From assembly GCF_009914755.1 (NCBI RefSeq), contig NC_060931.1: a stretch of 64,000 bases of DNA. One strand, given 5' to 3'. Below, piece by piece: positions 14,501 to 27,959 of the stretch. The notes under the pieces were generated by a model, which was not told the origin of the DNA, searched no databases, and saw nothing but the letters and a program-made list of their open reading frames with translations. Position 1 is the stretch's first letter. Each line of letters opens with the position of its first letter. The translations under genes were made by a program, and so were the position numbers. This DNA comes from the human T2T-CHM13v2.0 reference genome, Homo sapiens.

Positions 14501-15886
14501 TGAAGGTCTTTCATCTTTTTTAGCTGAAGTTGCTTCCCTCTAACACTGTCTCTTGGTGGACTTACAAACTACCATTTGGGTAATAAAGCCTTAAGAAAAA
14601 GTAGAAATTTTTTCTTAGCAATCTCTCCCCAATTAACTGTCTATAATGACTTTCACCCCCACCTATCTCCTAAAATTGTGCCTTCACAATTTACCAAGAA
14701 ACTCCTTTTTGTTAGGAAATTCAGTCACTATTAAACTGCAATATTTTTGGTATTAGAATAGATTTGGGCGTGAGTAGAATATCAGTGTTTCTCAAAAGTT
14801 ATATAAATTCTATTTAAATAATGAATTAAGCATTGATGTGAATTCACTGAGGTAATTTCTCAGTTTCTTTTTTCTTACTCTAGCAGTGTTTCCCAAACTC
14901 GATGAAATGCATGAGCCGTAGTGGAATAAACACCTTGCTCGTGGTATGGGTTGGGAGTGTTCTTCCAAACCCTTTTCCCTCTTAACCTCCTGAATGATGC
15001 CTTAACCTGCATCTCCCATCTTTCAACCCCTCCTTCTTTGTGTTCTTTCTCCAAATATGGACATTCTCCAAGATATTTATCCCCAGTCATTTTTTTCCTT
15101 TTCTTGATACTCCCGTCAAGAATTTTTTGTACTCTGCAAATGCAATATCCCCCTCAGGAGATATAACCTCTAGATAAGGTTGAATCCTATCTAATTTGTC
15201 TCCTATGGGCAGAATTTGGAGAGTCAAGATTGTCCAGGTACCTGATAGATGTTTTGATTTGTGTGTCCTACCGCCTCAACATGTATAAAACACAACTGAT
15301 AGTGCTATCCCAGCAGTATCTATCATTCTTGCCTGACATGTTTCTGTTGCTAGTTCCATATTCCCTCACTCTCTCAGCTCTAAAGCTCATCATCACATCC
15401 CCCGTCCCCGTTAGGAGATCACTAGGATTTAGGCAGTCTTCCTTAAGCTCTGAGCGATCATTTCTTTCTTAAAAACTTGTTAATTTCAGTGATGCCAACT
15501 TTATATTTCCATTGAGCAAATGACAGTGGTATAACTGTCAAAAAAACAAACAAAAAAACAAAAACAGAGGACTTGCTTACTTAGGTGAACTGGAATCTCA
15601 AGTTTTCAAGAGAAACTGGCCTGTTCAGGGGTCTACCTGCTTCCTTACAGTTTCAGTTTCTCTTTCCTGAAATCACAACACACATCTGTCACCAAGCCCT
15701 GTAAAATGTGCATCTGCTCTGCCATGGCTCCCCTTTCCCTACAGCTGCTTTGCCTCATCCTTGTGCTATCATAGTGGCTATTAAACACTCCCCTATTGTT
15801 TTCTGCTAAACAGAACACATATTTCTTAATTAGGCATTCAATACTTCCCCTGCCATGGGGTCAGACACTTCCACATCCCTGCTATA

Positions 15887-16085
15887 GCCATGGTTCTCAG
15901 GCCTGTCCGCACATTCCAATTACTTAAGGAACTTAAAAATTTAAAAAGCCAATGCCCAGGTGACACTCCAGAAAATTAAATCAGAATTTTGGGGGAGGGA
16001 GACAGACCAGGACATCATTATTTAAAAAAAAAAAAAAAAAGTTTCCCAGGTGATACTAATACATGGCTAGGGAGGATAACCATAG
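15887..16085. mobile_element. MER5A-family hAT MITE
   Basis: ccatggttctcag...aaatcagaat...cccaggtgatactaat. Confidence 0.55.
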
Positions 16086-16175
16086 TAATTGGCCTGCTCA
16101 CCTTTGCCTGATCACATTTCAAAGCTTTCTGCCTTGCATTGATGTTGAGGTTTTTGTTTCCTAGAGCTCCCTCCT

Positions 16176-16183
<8 letters not shown>

Positions 16184-16208
<25 letters not shown>

Positions 16209-16497
16209 GAGACAATCTGGCTTTGTTGCCCAGGCTGGAGTGCAGTGGTGCAACCATGGCTCACTGCAGCCTTGACATCCTGGCCTCAATGGATCCTCCC
16301 ACCTCAATCCCTGAGTAGCCAGCACTACAGGAGCGTGCCACCAAGCCCAGCTAATTTTTCTTATTTTTTTTTTTTTTGTAGAGAGGGGAATCTCACTATG
16401 TTACCCAGACTGGTGTCGAACTACTGGGCTCAAGCAATTGTCCCGCCTCAGCATCTCAAAGTGCTGGGATTACAGACGTGAACCATCTCGCCTGGCT
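16184..16497 (-). mobile_element. AluJ
   Basis: Poly(T), gagacaatctggc..., J-type ctgcagccttgacatcctgg and gggctcaagcaat; degenerate TSD ctgtca(g/t)ttctt. Confidence 0.9.
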
Positions 16498-17098
16498 CTG
16501 TCATTTCTTAAAGTTCAAATGAATGTATGAAATCCCCCCTCAATTCTTCTCAAGCTAGAAATGGTGAACAAATTTCCTTAGACCTCATCACACATTATTC
16601 ATATATCTCTGATGCCTAGGGTATGATTTGTGTCATACTTTTTGATAATTTTTATGTGTTCATCTTATCTCCCCTTTTGTATTATAAACTTCTTGTGAAG
16701 CAGGGAGTATTTCATTCATCTATTTATATGGTATTCTGCATAAAACAATGTCGTGCATATACCTAGTAGATACACAATTAAATGTATATGCAATTGAAAA
16801 AACAAACCCACAAATACACTAATAAAATAGCTGAATCTCTCCTTCAGATATTCAAGTGCCATTTTCTTCTTTGGACTTTTGGAAAAAAAATTAGTGATCT
16901 TCATAAGAAACAGCTCTATGGTACAGCAAAATGAAATGTGCTCAGGGCTGTGTCTCAGCTCAACCAACCGAGGAACAGAACTCACATCCCCCTACCCCTA
17001 GTGAAGTCTCTTTGTAACATTCTTTCAGATTTCATCAAACCAGTGACATCTCTGTTGCCAAAGAAAGAATTCCACCAACAAGTTAATTATAACCTTTA

Positions 17099-17100
<2 letters not shown>

Positions 17101-17139
<39 letters not shown>
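17101..17139 (+). repeat. (AAT)13 microsatellite
   Basis: 13 perfect AAT units. Confidence 0.95.
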
Positions 17140-17143
<4 letters not shown>

Positions 17144-17445
17144 TTCAGCTCTTTCTCGAAGGAAAAGTAGGAAAGTCACATGTGAGTCTCACCATTTATA
17201 CAACAAAATGTTCCATTTAGAGTGGGGAACTCTTGGAATTTAAAAAATCTTGTTTAACATTCCACCTCCTTATCAGAGTCAGTAAACAAGCGATTAAGGG
17301 ATGAGGAGAGCAGAGGCGACTCTCGGGGACCTGACTAGCTCTATATTTTATAATTATCAGAAGCTAAATGGAATCCCTGTCTGGATGTTTGCCTGAAAAC
17401 ATAGTTTTGGCAAAGCTCTACCATGGTACCTACTGATTTGCTAGG

Positions 17446-17641
17446 ATGGTGATTTTCAAATTTGGCATGCGTCAGTGTTCTCTGGAAGGCTTGTTAAGTT
17501 GCAGACTGCAGATTGCTGGGCCCTACTCACAGTAGATCTGATTCAGTAAGAATGGAGAGGCAGGTTAAAAATTTGGATTTCTAACAAGTTTCCAGGTAAT
17601 GGTAATATGCTGGTCCTGGGACCACGTGTTGAGAATGACTG
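17446..17641 (+). mobile_element. MER5A
   Basis: cagattgctgggccctac...ctgattcagta...tttctaacaagtttccaggt...gggaccac...tgagaatgactg. Confidence 0.75.
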
Positions 17642-18339
17642 TGCTAGTTACTTTTTTATTATGGTTTTTCAGCTTTTCTTACAGAAGCACAAAGAACTTC
17701 TGTGTATTTCCTATTTAAGTAGTTAGTAGCCAAACAATTCCTCATTTGCCTTGCCAGGACCCTGAATCAACCTTTCACTTTGGTAAGAAGCCCCACACTG
17801 AATTTGCGCAGACGCTGAACCCATTAATTATGAGTTGACTTGCAAAGTATTTGTACATGTTAGCTTCTTTACAGTCAAAGCCAATGATCTCATTTTAAAA
17901 TGATAGCACAAGCAGCTGAATTTAGACTGTCTTTGGACACACCGAACTTTCTGGAAGAGAGTAGGATCAAGGCAAAAATATGAACACGTTTTATTGCACA
18001 TAATAATTATAGGCCCCAAACAGAAGCAAGATGATACTGTGGAAAAAACATTGGCCTAGGTTGCATTGTCTATGTGAAACCATGTCTAAATTGCTTAATT
18101 TCTCCAGATGCTTTTCATTTGCATAAAATGGATATTTTTGGATTAAATGACCTTTAAGGTCCATTCCATTTGGAAAGTGCAAAAAGAAGTACACTAATGA
18201 ATGAGAGGGATTACCTGTAAACCACCAACAAAGATAATTAATGTTGGATGTTTCTTTATAAGCTTTTATACATTTTATGCAGTTTTCTAGCTTGCTTTCT
18301 TAGCTATTAGTTTAATAGCTAATAATAATAAAGCATTTT

Positions 18340-18700
18340 TAGCTTTATTATTATCAGAAACACATACCATAAAAACTTTGTAAACATTATTTCAATGGCT
18401 GTATAAAGTTATATTATATAAATTTATTTAATACTTCCTTAACCTAATTTACCTAATTTTTCCAACATCATTAGATAATTATATTTCCCACTGTTTTGCT
18501 GTTGTAAATAATGCAATCATAACATTATTATATGTAAATCTTTGTCCACATTCCTAATTATTTTTAGCATAGATTTCTGAAATTAAAGTTATTGGAATAA
18601 AGGGTGAGAATCATTTCTAAAGCTCTTCATTTGTGTTATCAAAATTCTATCTGAAAAGGTTAAGTCATTTCTCATCAGCTGCACAAGAAATTTCCCATAA
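18340..18700 (-). mobile_element. Old L1 (L1ME-type) fragment
   Basis: ttttgctgttgtaaataatgc...tatgtaaatctttgtccaca...attggaataaaggg. Confidence 0.5.
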
Positions 18701-19668
18701 GAAACAAATCTCTTATTTCAATAAGTGAGGCTGTTTTAAGATTGAGGACTTTACCTGTTGTTCTATGGAAGTATAGAGTGAAATTTCAAATTCATAGTTG
18801 TAGTATAAAACTGATGAACTTTCTTCTGGAAAATTGTTATTTGTGTCATATTAGAAATGCTGGGAATGCTGGAATGGCAGGCACGTTCCACAGCTATCTG
18901 AAAACTCATCCAGATAGCAAATGTATCAGGAATAATGAGGGTTTACATTTTCATTGGTGTGTTTGCTCAAATATTTCTGTTCATTATTTGTCCACTTTCA
19001 GGAGAGATAGCATATTAAGGTTAATCAGCAGCAATTTATTTTGTGTGGTACCTGAAATTTCTACTTTATAATCGTACATGACATGATTACCACATGATAA
19101 AATCGATTTTTATTTCTTGTCTTACGGAAAGAAATCCTATTATCTTGTCTTGTCACATTGAGTATTTTTAAGGCACTCTGTCTTATATCAGACATTTTGA
19201 ATTTTAAAATGATCAATGTCCAGGTTAATTTTATATACATTTTCATATCTGTCTAATTTTTTTTGGCATTTTATAGTGCTTTGAAAGATACAGTGTGTAA
19301 AAGACAATTTATGTTTTAGAGAATGATGTTCCTTACCTTGATGCATAGTCTTCCTGTTTATAAAGATGTTACATGTTTATGGTGGAATAGTCAATCAAAT
19401 ACTGGCAAATACAAAAATAAAAGTGAAAATTACTCCAAATTCCAGAGATAACATGGTTAACAATGTTGTGCATATTTCCAGGAATCTTTTTAAGCATCAC
19501 ACATGCACACACAGACACACACACACGATAGACACACACATTTATGTTCTACTCTTTTACCTCCTGCCTCTTTACAAACAGTACATGATAAAAGACTTGC
19601 CATATTAACAATTTTAAACAATTAATACATTTTTAAATCAATAGTTTTAAGCTAGCCTTTATTGAGTA

Positions 19669-20216
19669 CAGTATTCCTCCCTTATCCATGGTTTCACTTT
19701 CCGTGGTTCCAGTTACCCGTAGTCAACTGCAGTCCAAAAATATTAAATTGAAAACTCTGAAATAAATAATTTGTAAGCTTTAATTGTGCATCATTCTGAG
19801 TAGCATGAAGAAATCTCAAGCTGTCTAACTCTGTTCTGCCCCAGGACATGAATCGTCCCTTTGTCTAACATCTCCATGCTGTAGATGCCCCCTACCCTTT
19901 GAGTCACTTGGTAGCCTTCTTATTTATCAGATCGACTTTCGTCTCAGTGCTTTACTCAAGTCATCCTTATTTTACTTAATGGCCCCAAAGGGCAAGAGTA
20001 GTGATGCTAGTATATTGTTATAATTATTCTATTTTATTATTAGTTATTGTCATTAATCTCTTAATGTGCCTAATTTATAAATTCAGCTTTATCAAAGATA
20101 TGTATATATAGGAAAAAAATAGTATTTTATAGTGTTTTGTACTATCCATAGTTTCAGGCATCCACTTGAGGGGGGAGGTCTTGAAACATATCTCCTGCAG
20201 ATAAGGGGGACTACTA
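19669..20216 (+). mobile_element. MER44B (Tigger-type MITE)
   Basis: TIRs cagtattcctcccttatcc and gataagggggactacta, TA on both sides, 548 bp. Confidence 0.85.
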
Positions 20217-20218
20217 TA

Positions 20219-20430
20219 TTAATTAAATGCATTGTTCTATGCACTTTATATGTATTAACTAATCTATTTCTCACTTCTAGTCCATAAGGTAGATATTTCT
20301 ATTTCAAAGATGAATTGAGGTTTAGGCAGTCATATATCCAAAGCAGTTCATGTCATAAATGGTGGAGTTGACGCTTGACCCAAGGGTCAGTTTATCATCA
20401 AACCTGAGCTTTTAACCAGAATATCATACA
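20219..20430 (-). mobile_element. MIR; its other end lies at about 19650-19666, split by MER44B
   Basis: ctttattgagta [MER44B] ...ctatgcactttatatgtattaact...aagatgaattgagg...cttttaacca. Confidence 0.5.
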
Positions 20431-20666
20431 GATTTCCTGCAAGTGTATAGAAAATGCATGCTTCATTCTTTTTAGCATATTATTGTATGCATACACCATA
20501 TTTTTAAACAAATTCCTTCTTAATAATTAGGTTTTTTCAACTTGTTGCTATAAAATACAACTTTGCTGTGATATTCATTTATATCATATTTTAGAGATTT
20601 GAGTTATAATACAAAATTATTGCATCAATGGGTAAAAATATTAAAACTGTGGGCCTGCCTGCCAAC

Positions 20667-20947
20667 TTTTTTCTTTTTTTGTTTTTTTCGAGATGGAGTC
20701 TTGCTCTGTTGCCCAGGTTGGAGGGCAGTGGCGTGATCCCAGGTTCAAGCGATTCTCCTGCCTCAGTCTTCTGAGTAGCTGGGATTACAGGTGCCTTCCA
20801 CCACACCCAGCTAATTTTTGTATTTTTAGTGGAGATGGGGTTTCACCATGTTGGCCAGGCTGGTCTCGAACTCTTAAACTTAAGTAATCCACTCGCCTTG
20901 GCCTCCCAAAGTGCTGGAATTATGGGCATGAGCCACCACACTCAGCC
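20667..20947 (-). mobile_element. AluS with an internal deletion of about 24 nt
   Basis: gtggcgtgat|cccaggttcaag lacks ctcggctcactgcaacctccgcct. Confidence 0.9.
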
Positions 20948-21199
20948 AGTCTCTGCCAATTTCTCTACAAAAAGATGGTTTCTGTTTTTGCTTCCACCAA
21001 CAGTGCTGATACCCTATGTGTCTTCAGTATTAGACATTATCACATGTCTTCAGTATTGGATATTTATCTCATCAGATTAAAAAATGACACAAAATGTCTA
21101 TTTTTAATAAAAATTTTGATTTTCACATCAGTTGAAAATATATTATTGACTAAATACATTTAAAATAATTTTATTTGTAAAACTTAATACTATGTATAT

Positions 21200-21550
21200 A
21201 TGAATACACAGTTCATAGAAAAGCAAATTTAAATGACAAAATGAAGAATAGATGCTGAACCTCATAAAAACTTAAGGAAAGATAATTTAAAATATAGTGT
21301 ATTACTTTATATTCATGAGATTGGCAAAACCTAAAATTAGTGATATCACCTATTGATGGTGAGGATTCTGAGAAAGAAAACTCTCATACATTGCTTGTGG
21401 AAATGTGAAATATTATGGCCTTATTTTGGGAAAGCAATCTGGAAATATCTATACAACTTTAAATATACTTTTAAGCCAACAATCTTATTCTTGGGAACCA
21501 ACGTGATAGAATTTAAAGCATCAAAACATTATAAAGTATATACCTAAATC
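21200..21550 (+). mobile_element. Old L1 (L1ME) ORF2-end fragment
   Basis: gagattggcaaaa...ggtgaggattctgagaaa...actctcatacattgcttgtgg. Confidence 0.55.
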
Positions 21551-21771
21551 TTAAAATTAATAATGTTAATGAAGTAGGAAAAATGATTTTAAGTAAGGAC
21601 AAACAAAAGAAGCAAGATTGCTATACAAATTTTTAGTAGTAAACAATTAGAGATAAAAACAGTGAATTATGTTCTAAGCATTTCTGGAAAGGTAGAAAAT
21701 TAATATTATGAGACTAAATGGAACTATGATTTGGCATAATCCTGTTAAAATGTGAGATAAAGTGTGCTTCT

Positions 21772-22097
21772 CCATCATTCTCAGCAAACTAACATGGAAC
21801 AGAAAACTAAACACTGCGTGTCTCATAAGTAGGAGGTGAACAATGACAACAAATGGACACAGGGTGGGGAACATCATATCGCGGGGGGGGCCTGTCAGGG
21901 TGTCGGGGTGGTGGGGTGGGGAAGGGGAGGGAGAGCATTAGGACCAATACCTAATGTATGCGGGGCTTAAAACCTAGATGACAGGTTGATAGGTGTAGCA
22001 AACCACCACGGCACATGTATACTTACGTAACACACCTGCACGTTCTGCACATGTATCCCAGAACTTGAAGTAAAAGAGAAAAAAAGGAAAAAAAAAA
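21772..22097 (+). mobile_element. L1PA (about PA8-PA10) 3' end, 5'-truncated
   Basis: ccatcattctcagcaaactaac...ggcttaaaacctagatgac...gcacatgtatcccagaactt, then an A-rich tail. Confidence 0.85.
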
Positions 22098-23568
22098 CAA
22101 CACTTCTTAGAGGTGTAGGAATGATGCAGTTTAATAGTACTTGGCATAGTTTCACATTGGCCTAAATATTCTTCATCTCATAGATGACAGAATTATTAGC
22201 CTTAGGAGACACTTCTGATATATCCTTGGCTGCTGGGAACAGGGCCAATTTTAGGAAAATTGTGAAGTGGATGAAACTTGTCTTAGGCGACAGCCCTGAT
22301 TACTCATTACCCAGCTTCCTCTGTATCTAAAGCATACACGTTAGGATGCAAGGAGACCTACCACCTGGAGCTTGTTGTTATTTACTCATGAAAATGTACC
22401 TTCCTCCATCATATTTCAGGGCTCAAGATGTCACCTATTCTAGCAAATAAGAGAAAACTGCTGAGCCTGGTTCTAGGTAATATGCATACATTTTAACTGA
22501 GGCCAACTACTGTGAGGTCCTCTCTTTTTCTTAGATTGAAACCACTGCTGAGTGTCTGTCAAGTTAATATTTCTTCCTTCTGTAGGAGGAATGCCTGCTG
22601 AAGAAACATGAGGGTGTGGGTCAGGGTTAGAAGAGACGATTATCATTTCCTGTGTTTTCTTCATGACACTATGTTATGTCACTGTGTTCAGAAGCCTTAA
22701 ATAATAGGCTGGCAAGACACATAGAAGTCACATTTTGTTACTTGAAAGTTCATCACCTAGATGTCGGATTTATCTGCCTGTATCTACCTACCACCTACCT
22801 AGCTATTCACTAAATAAACACTTATATAAAGCTATCAAATACTGACAGTGTCCTACACACTTTAAAAATATTAACTCACCATCCCTGTAACATCCCCAAA
22901 ATGTGAGTGTTATCATTCCTGGGAGGTCTGAGTTTTATGCCTTATATCCTCTATTTGAAATGACCCTGAACAAGCTTATTAGATTATCTATTGTTTGATT
23001 TTAAAATGGAAGATAAGACTTCCTTCATAAATATCTCACAGTAATGTTATGGTTGGGTTCAATAAATCTCCAAAGATTGTTGAAAATAATGCTTATGAAT
23101 AGATGTGTAATCCTAAAATACTGTGGCATTAAGTAATAAGCCATTGAGAGACAGTTGATTCTTTTTCTCATGTTAGTGAATTATATTTTCTCAAGCCTTA
23201 ATTCTCATCTGTGCTGAATTAGTGTGGATTTATTCTTGAAATAAATTAGAAATTAGTGGTTCTCTCCTTCCTCTTAGACTTCTCACAATCCCCAATGCCT
23301 TATTATACAATGTTAACCCAGATATGATGAGGTTTTGTTCATTGCATTTCACAAAAGTCATGAAAAATAACATTTAGTAGAACAGGAAGAAGGAATAATA
23401 TTTGGTTAAATGAAGTGTCATAATGCTAATTATACACTAAAACCGCTTTTGCTGTTCTGCAGAATTTGGCATAAGGAATGTCTATCAAAAAGTCATATTA
23501 TATACTCAAGTAATACAAGTAATAAAAGAAGCCAAGATAAAGCATCAAACTCAAAACAAGGATTATAA

Positions 23569-23907
<339 letters not shown>

Positions 23908-24058
23908 GACATCAAGTATTTTATAAGTGACACTAAGCACTCAAGTCTTATTCAACACACTGTTATTAAATAAGAGCTATATGTAGGACCCTATAATTGG
24001 TGTGGGTAGGGGAGGGAGCATTACAAAGGTAAGACCTTTCAAAGAACAATTGGGCAGA

Positions 24059-24215
24059 GGTGTTTCTCGAACTTACTTGTATATACCAATCATCTAGGGA
24101 GCTTATTGGCAAATTCTGATTTGGTATGGTCAAAGATGGGGCCTGAAAATTTGCATCTCCACCAAGCTTTCAAGTCATGACAATGTGGATCCATGGAGCA
24201 TTTCTGAGTAGCAAG
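24059..24215 (+). mobile_element. MER5A-like MITE
   Basis: tttctcgaactt...ggggcctgaaaatttgcat...tgagtagcaagg. Confidence 0.55.
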
Positions 24216-24299
24216 GCTATACATGTTTAAATGTAATATCAGGTAAAATAGAAGCAGTCTGAAGGGCAGAAATAAAATGTTTTGGGAGAACAGAAAAGG

Positions 24300-24900
24300 A
24301 AATGGGCAATTCTGAATGTGGGGATCTAGGAAGGTGTCACAAGTAGAACACTTGGTGTGTAAGAATGATTTCTTAAGCAAATATAGGAGGGAAGAGCATT
24401 CAAAAGTGTGAGCTCCATACTAGAGGCATATAGGTTTGTAAGAGCTTGGAGTTTCAGGGACCAAAAAAAGGCAGGTGCAGCTGGAGAACAGGAGTGTTTG
24501 TGGTAGGGAGGGGCTACTTCTGGGGAAAGGAGACTAGAAGACTGGGTTGGAGTAGATGTGCAGGGACTTGGTTGCTGTGCTAAGGAATTTGACCTGTATT
24601 GTTCTGACAAGGATGAGATCTGTATTTTAAGAGAATAACTCTGACTATAGGAAGAAAAATAGATTCTAGAAGGAAAAATAATTAGAAGCAGGAAGACTAG
24701 CTAGAAGACTTTGCAGAGATGATATCTTAGATTTAGAGAATGGGATAGGATTTAGAAAGGCCAGGAAATATTTTAAAAATTTAAATTTCAAATTGATGGT
24801 GTTTGAAATTAATAAGATTTGGGAAGGAGATGTGAGTACCAGTTGAAGATGTCCTTATGCCTTCTAGTTTGAGAAAGAGTGGCTATAGCTTTGATGATTA
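24300..24900 (-). mobile_element. L2 fragment
   Basis: Purine-rich L2-like tract: ggaagagcattc...taaggaatttgacc...gaagcaggaagactagctagaag. Confidence 0.5.
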
Positions 24901-24912
24901 AAAGAAAATGTA

Positions 24913-25229
24913 GGACTGGGCACAGTGGCTCAGGCCTGTAATCCTAGCACTTCGGGAGGCAGAGGTGGGAGGATTGTGTGAGCCCAGGAGTTTGAGACCA
25001 TCCTGGGCAACAGAGTGAGACCCCTGTCTCTACAAAAAATTAAAAAATAGCCAGGTATAGTGGTGTGCAGATGAGTCCAAGCTACTCAGGAGGCTGAGGC
25101 AGGAGGAACACTTGAGTCCAGGAGGTCAAAGCTGCAGTGAGCTGTGATCGCACCACTGCACTCCAGCCTAGGTGACCGAGTGAGACCCTGTCTTAAAAAA
25201 ATAATAATAATAAAAAAAATAAATAAAAA
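24913..25229 (+). mobile_element. AluJ
   Basis: ggaggattgtgtgagcccaggagtttgag and gaggtcaaagctgcagtgagctgtgatc J diagnostics; A-rich tail. Confidence 0.9.
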
Positions 25230-25487
25230 GGAGGAAGAGCGGGTCTTTTCGTGGGAGATAATGGGTTCAAATTTGTACGTTTTCAGCAGGGCATCTCTTC
25301 TAGAGTATTACTGGAAATGCCTCTTGAAACATAAGAAAGATTAAGAAATGTGAATTTGTGAGCCAATGACAGAAGCAATAGTTAAAACCATATATGTCAA
25401 TAAAATGCCAAAGGAGTTGTTAAATTTAGAGGGAAATAGTAATAAAGGTAAAGGAAAGGTAGGGATTTGAGGGGCTGCATGCATTAA

Positions 25488-25850
25488 AAAAATTTATTTC
25501 AATAGGTTTCTGGAGAACAGGTGGCGTTTGGTTACATGAATAAGTAACTTAGTGGTGATTTCTGAGATTTTGGTGCACCCATCACCCAAGCAGTGTATAC
25601 TGTACCCAATGCGTAGTCTTTTCTCTTTCACCATCCCCCAGCCTTTTCCCCAAATCCCCACATTCCAGTGTATCATTCTTACGCCTTTGCATCCTCATAG
25701 CAGCTCCCACATAATACTGAGAACATATGGTGTTTGGTTTTCCTCCTGAGTTACTTCATTTAGAATAATAGTCTCCCAGTTCCATCCAGGTTGCAGTGAA
25801 TGCCATTATTTCATTCCTTTTTATGGTTGGGTAGTATTCCATGGTGTGTG

Positions 25851-25881
<31 letters not shown>

Positions 25882-27671
25882 TTTTTCTTTATCCACTCAT
25901 TGATTGATGAGCATTTGGGGCTGGTTCTACATTTTTGAAATTGCAAATTGTGGGGCTATAAACATGCTTGTGTAAGTATCTTTTTCATATAATGACTTCT
26001 TTTCCATGGGTAGATACCTAGTAGTGGGATGGCTGAATCAAATAGTAGATCTATTTTAAAGGTTTTAAGGAATCTCCACACTGTTTTCCATAGTGGTTGT
26101 ACTAGTTTACAATTCCACCAACAGTGTAAAAGTGTTCCTTTTCACTACATTCATGCCAACATCTATTTTTCTTTTTCTTTTTTGATTATGGCCATTCTTG
26201 CAGGAGTGAGGTGTTATCACATTGTGGTTTTGATTTGCATTTTCCTGATAATTAGTGATGTTGAGCATTTTTTCATATGCTTGTTGGAAATTTATATACC
26301 TTCTTTTGAGAATTGTCTATTCATGTCTTTGGCCCACTTTTTGATGGGACTGTTTGTTTTGGTCTTGCTGATTTGTTTGAGTTCCTTGTATTCTGGAAAT
26401 TAGTACTCTGCTGGATGTATACAATGTGAAGATTTTCTTTCCCTCTGTGGATTGTCTGTTAATTCTGCTGATTATTTCTTTTGCTGTGCAGAAGCTTTTT
26501 AGTTTAATTAAGTCCCTTCTATTTATCTTTGTTTTGGTTGCATTTGCTTTTGGGTTTTTGGTCATGAAGTCTTTGCCTAACCTAATGTCTAGAAGGGTTT
26601 TTCTGATGTTGTCTTCTAGAATATTTATGGTTTTGTGTCTTAAATTTAAGTCTTTGATTCATCTTGAGTTGATTTTTGTATAAGGTGAGAGATGAGGATC
26701 CAGTTTCATTCTTCTACATATGGCTTTCCAATTATCCCAGCACCATTTGTTGAATAGGGTGTCCTTTCCACACTTTATGTTTTTGTTTGCTTTTTTGAAG
26801 ATCAGTTGGCTGTAAGTATTTGGGGTTATTTCTGGGTTCTCTATTCTGTTGGATTGGTCTATGTGCCTATTTTTATACTAGTACCATGCCATTTTGGTGA
26901 CTATGGCCTTATAGTATAGTTTGAAGTCAGGTAACGTGATGCCTCCAGATTTGTACTTTTTGCAGTCTTGCTTTGGCTATGTGGCTCCTTTTTGGTTCCA
27001 TATGAACGTTAGGATTATTTTTTCTAGTTCTGTGAAGAATGATGGTGATATTTTGATGGGAATTGCATTGAGTTTGTAGATTGCTTTTGGCAGTTTGGTC
27101 ATTTTGACAGTATTAATTCTACTCATCCATGAGCATGGGATGTGTTTTCATTTGTTTATGTCATCTATGATTTCTTTCAGCAGTGTTTTGTAGTTTTCCT
27201 TGTAGAGGTCCTTCACGTCCTTGATTAGGTATATCCCTGAGTATTATTATTATTTTTGCAGCTATTTTGAAAGGGGTTGAGTTCTTGATTTGATTCTCAG
27301 CTTGGTCACTGTTGGTGTACAGCAGAGCTACTGATTTGTGTACATTAATTTTGTATCCTGAAACTTTGCTGAATTCGTTTACCAGTTCTAGAATCTTTCT
27401 GGATGAGTCTTTAGGGTTTTCTAGGTATACAATCATATCATCAGCAAGCAGCGACAGTTTGACTTCCTCTTTGCCAATCTGGGTGCCCTTTATTTCTTTC
27501 TTTTGTCTGTTGCACTGGCTAGGACTTCCAGTACTATATTGAATAGAAGTGGTGAAAGTAGGCATCTTTTTCTTGTTCCAGTTCTCAGGGGGAATGCTTT
27601 CAACTTTTCCCCATCCAGTATAATGTTGGCTGTGGGTTTGCTGTAGACGGCTTTTAGTACCTTAAGGCATG
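25488..27671 (-). mobile_element. L1PB1-like, 5'-truncated (3'UTR plus ORF2 C-terminal part)
   Basis: Decayed ORF2 peptides in the ORF track ([31 protein letters not shown]). 20-nt TSD tgagg(g/a)gctgcatg(c/t)attaa at 25468-25487 and 27672-27691. Confidence 0.9.
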
Positions 27672-27959
27672 TGAGGAGCTGCATGTATTAAGAAGGGGCT
27701 TTCAACTCCAAATTTGATCTATTTTTCAGTCCTCTGAATTTTTTTAAAAATTGGAATTTATTTGTGGAAGAATGCATGTTACATAAAAAGTAATTATTTT
27801 TACCTTCAGCATTATAATGCTGATTGGTTTTGTGATACAACATTCTAAGTATAAAATACTTTGGTGACATGTATAATTAATATGTGAAAGTCTGTGTCTA
27901 GTTACTACCACATAACAATCATCATCTTGTTTCTTCTGGAGAATTCATTTATTCAGACT

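Larger units (their letters stand above)
19350..21130 (-). mobile_element. Old L1ME fragment interrupted by MIR, MER44B and Alu
   Basis: L1ME-like sequence at about 19350-19640, 20450-20650 and 20950-21130. Confidence 0.45.
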
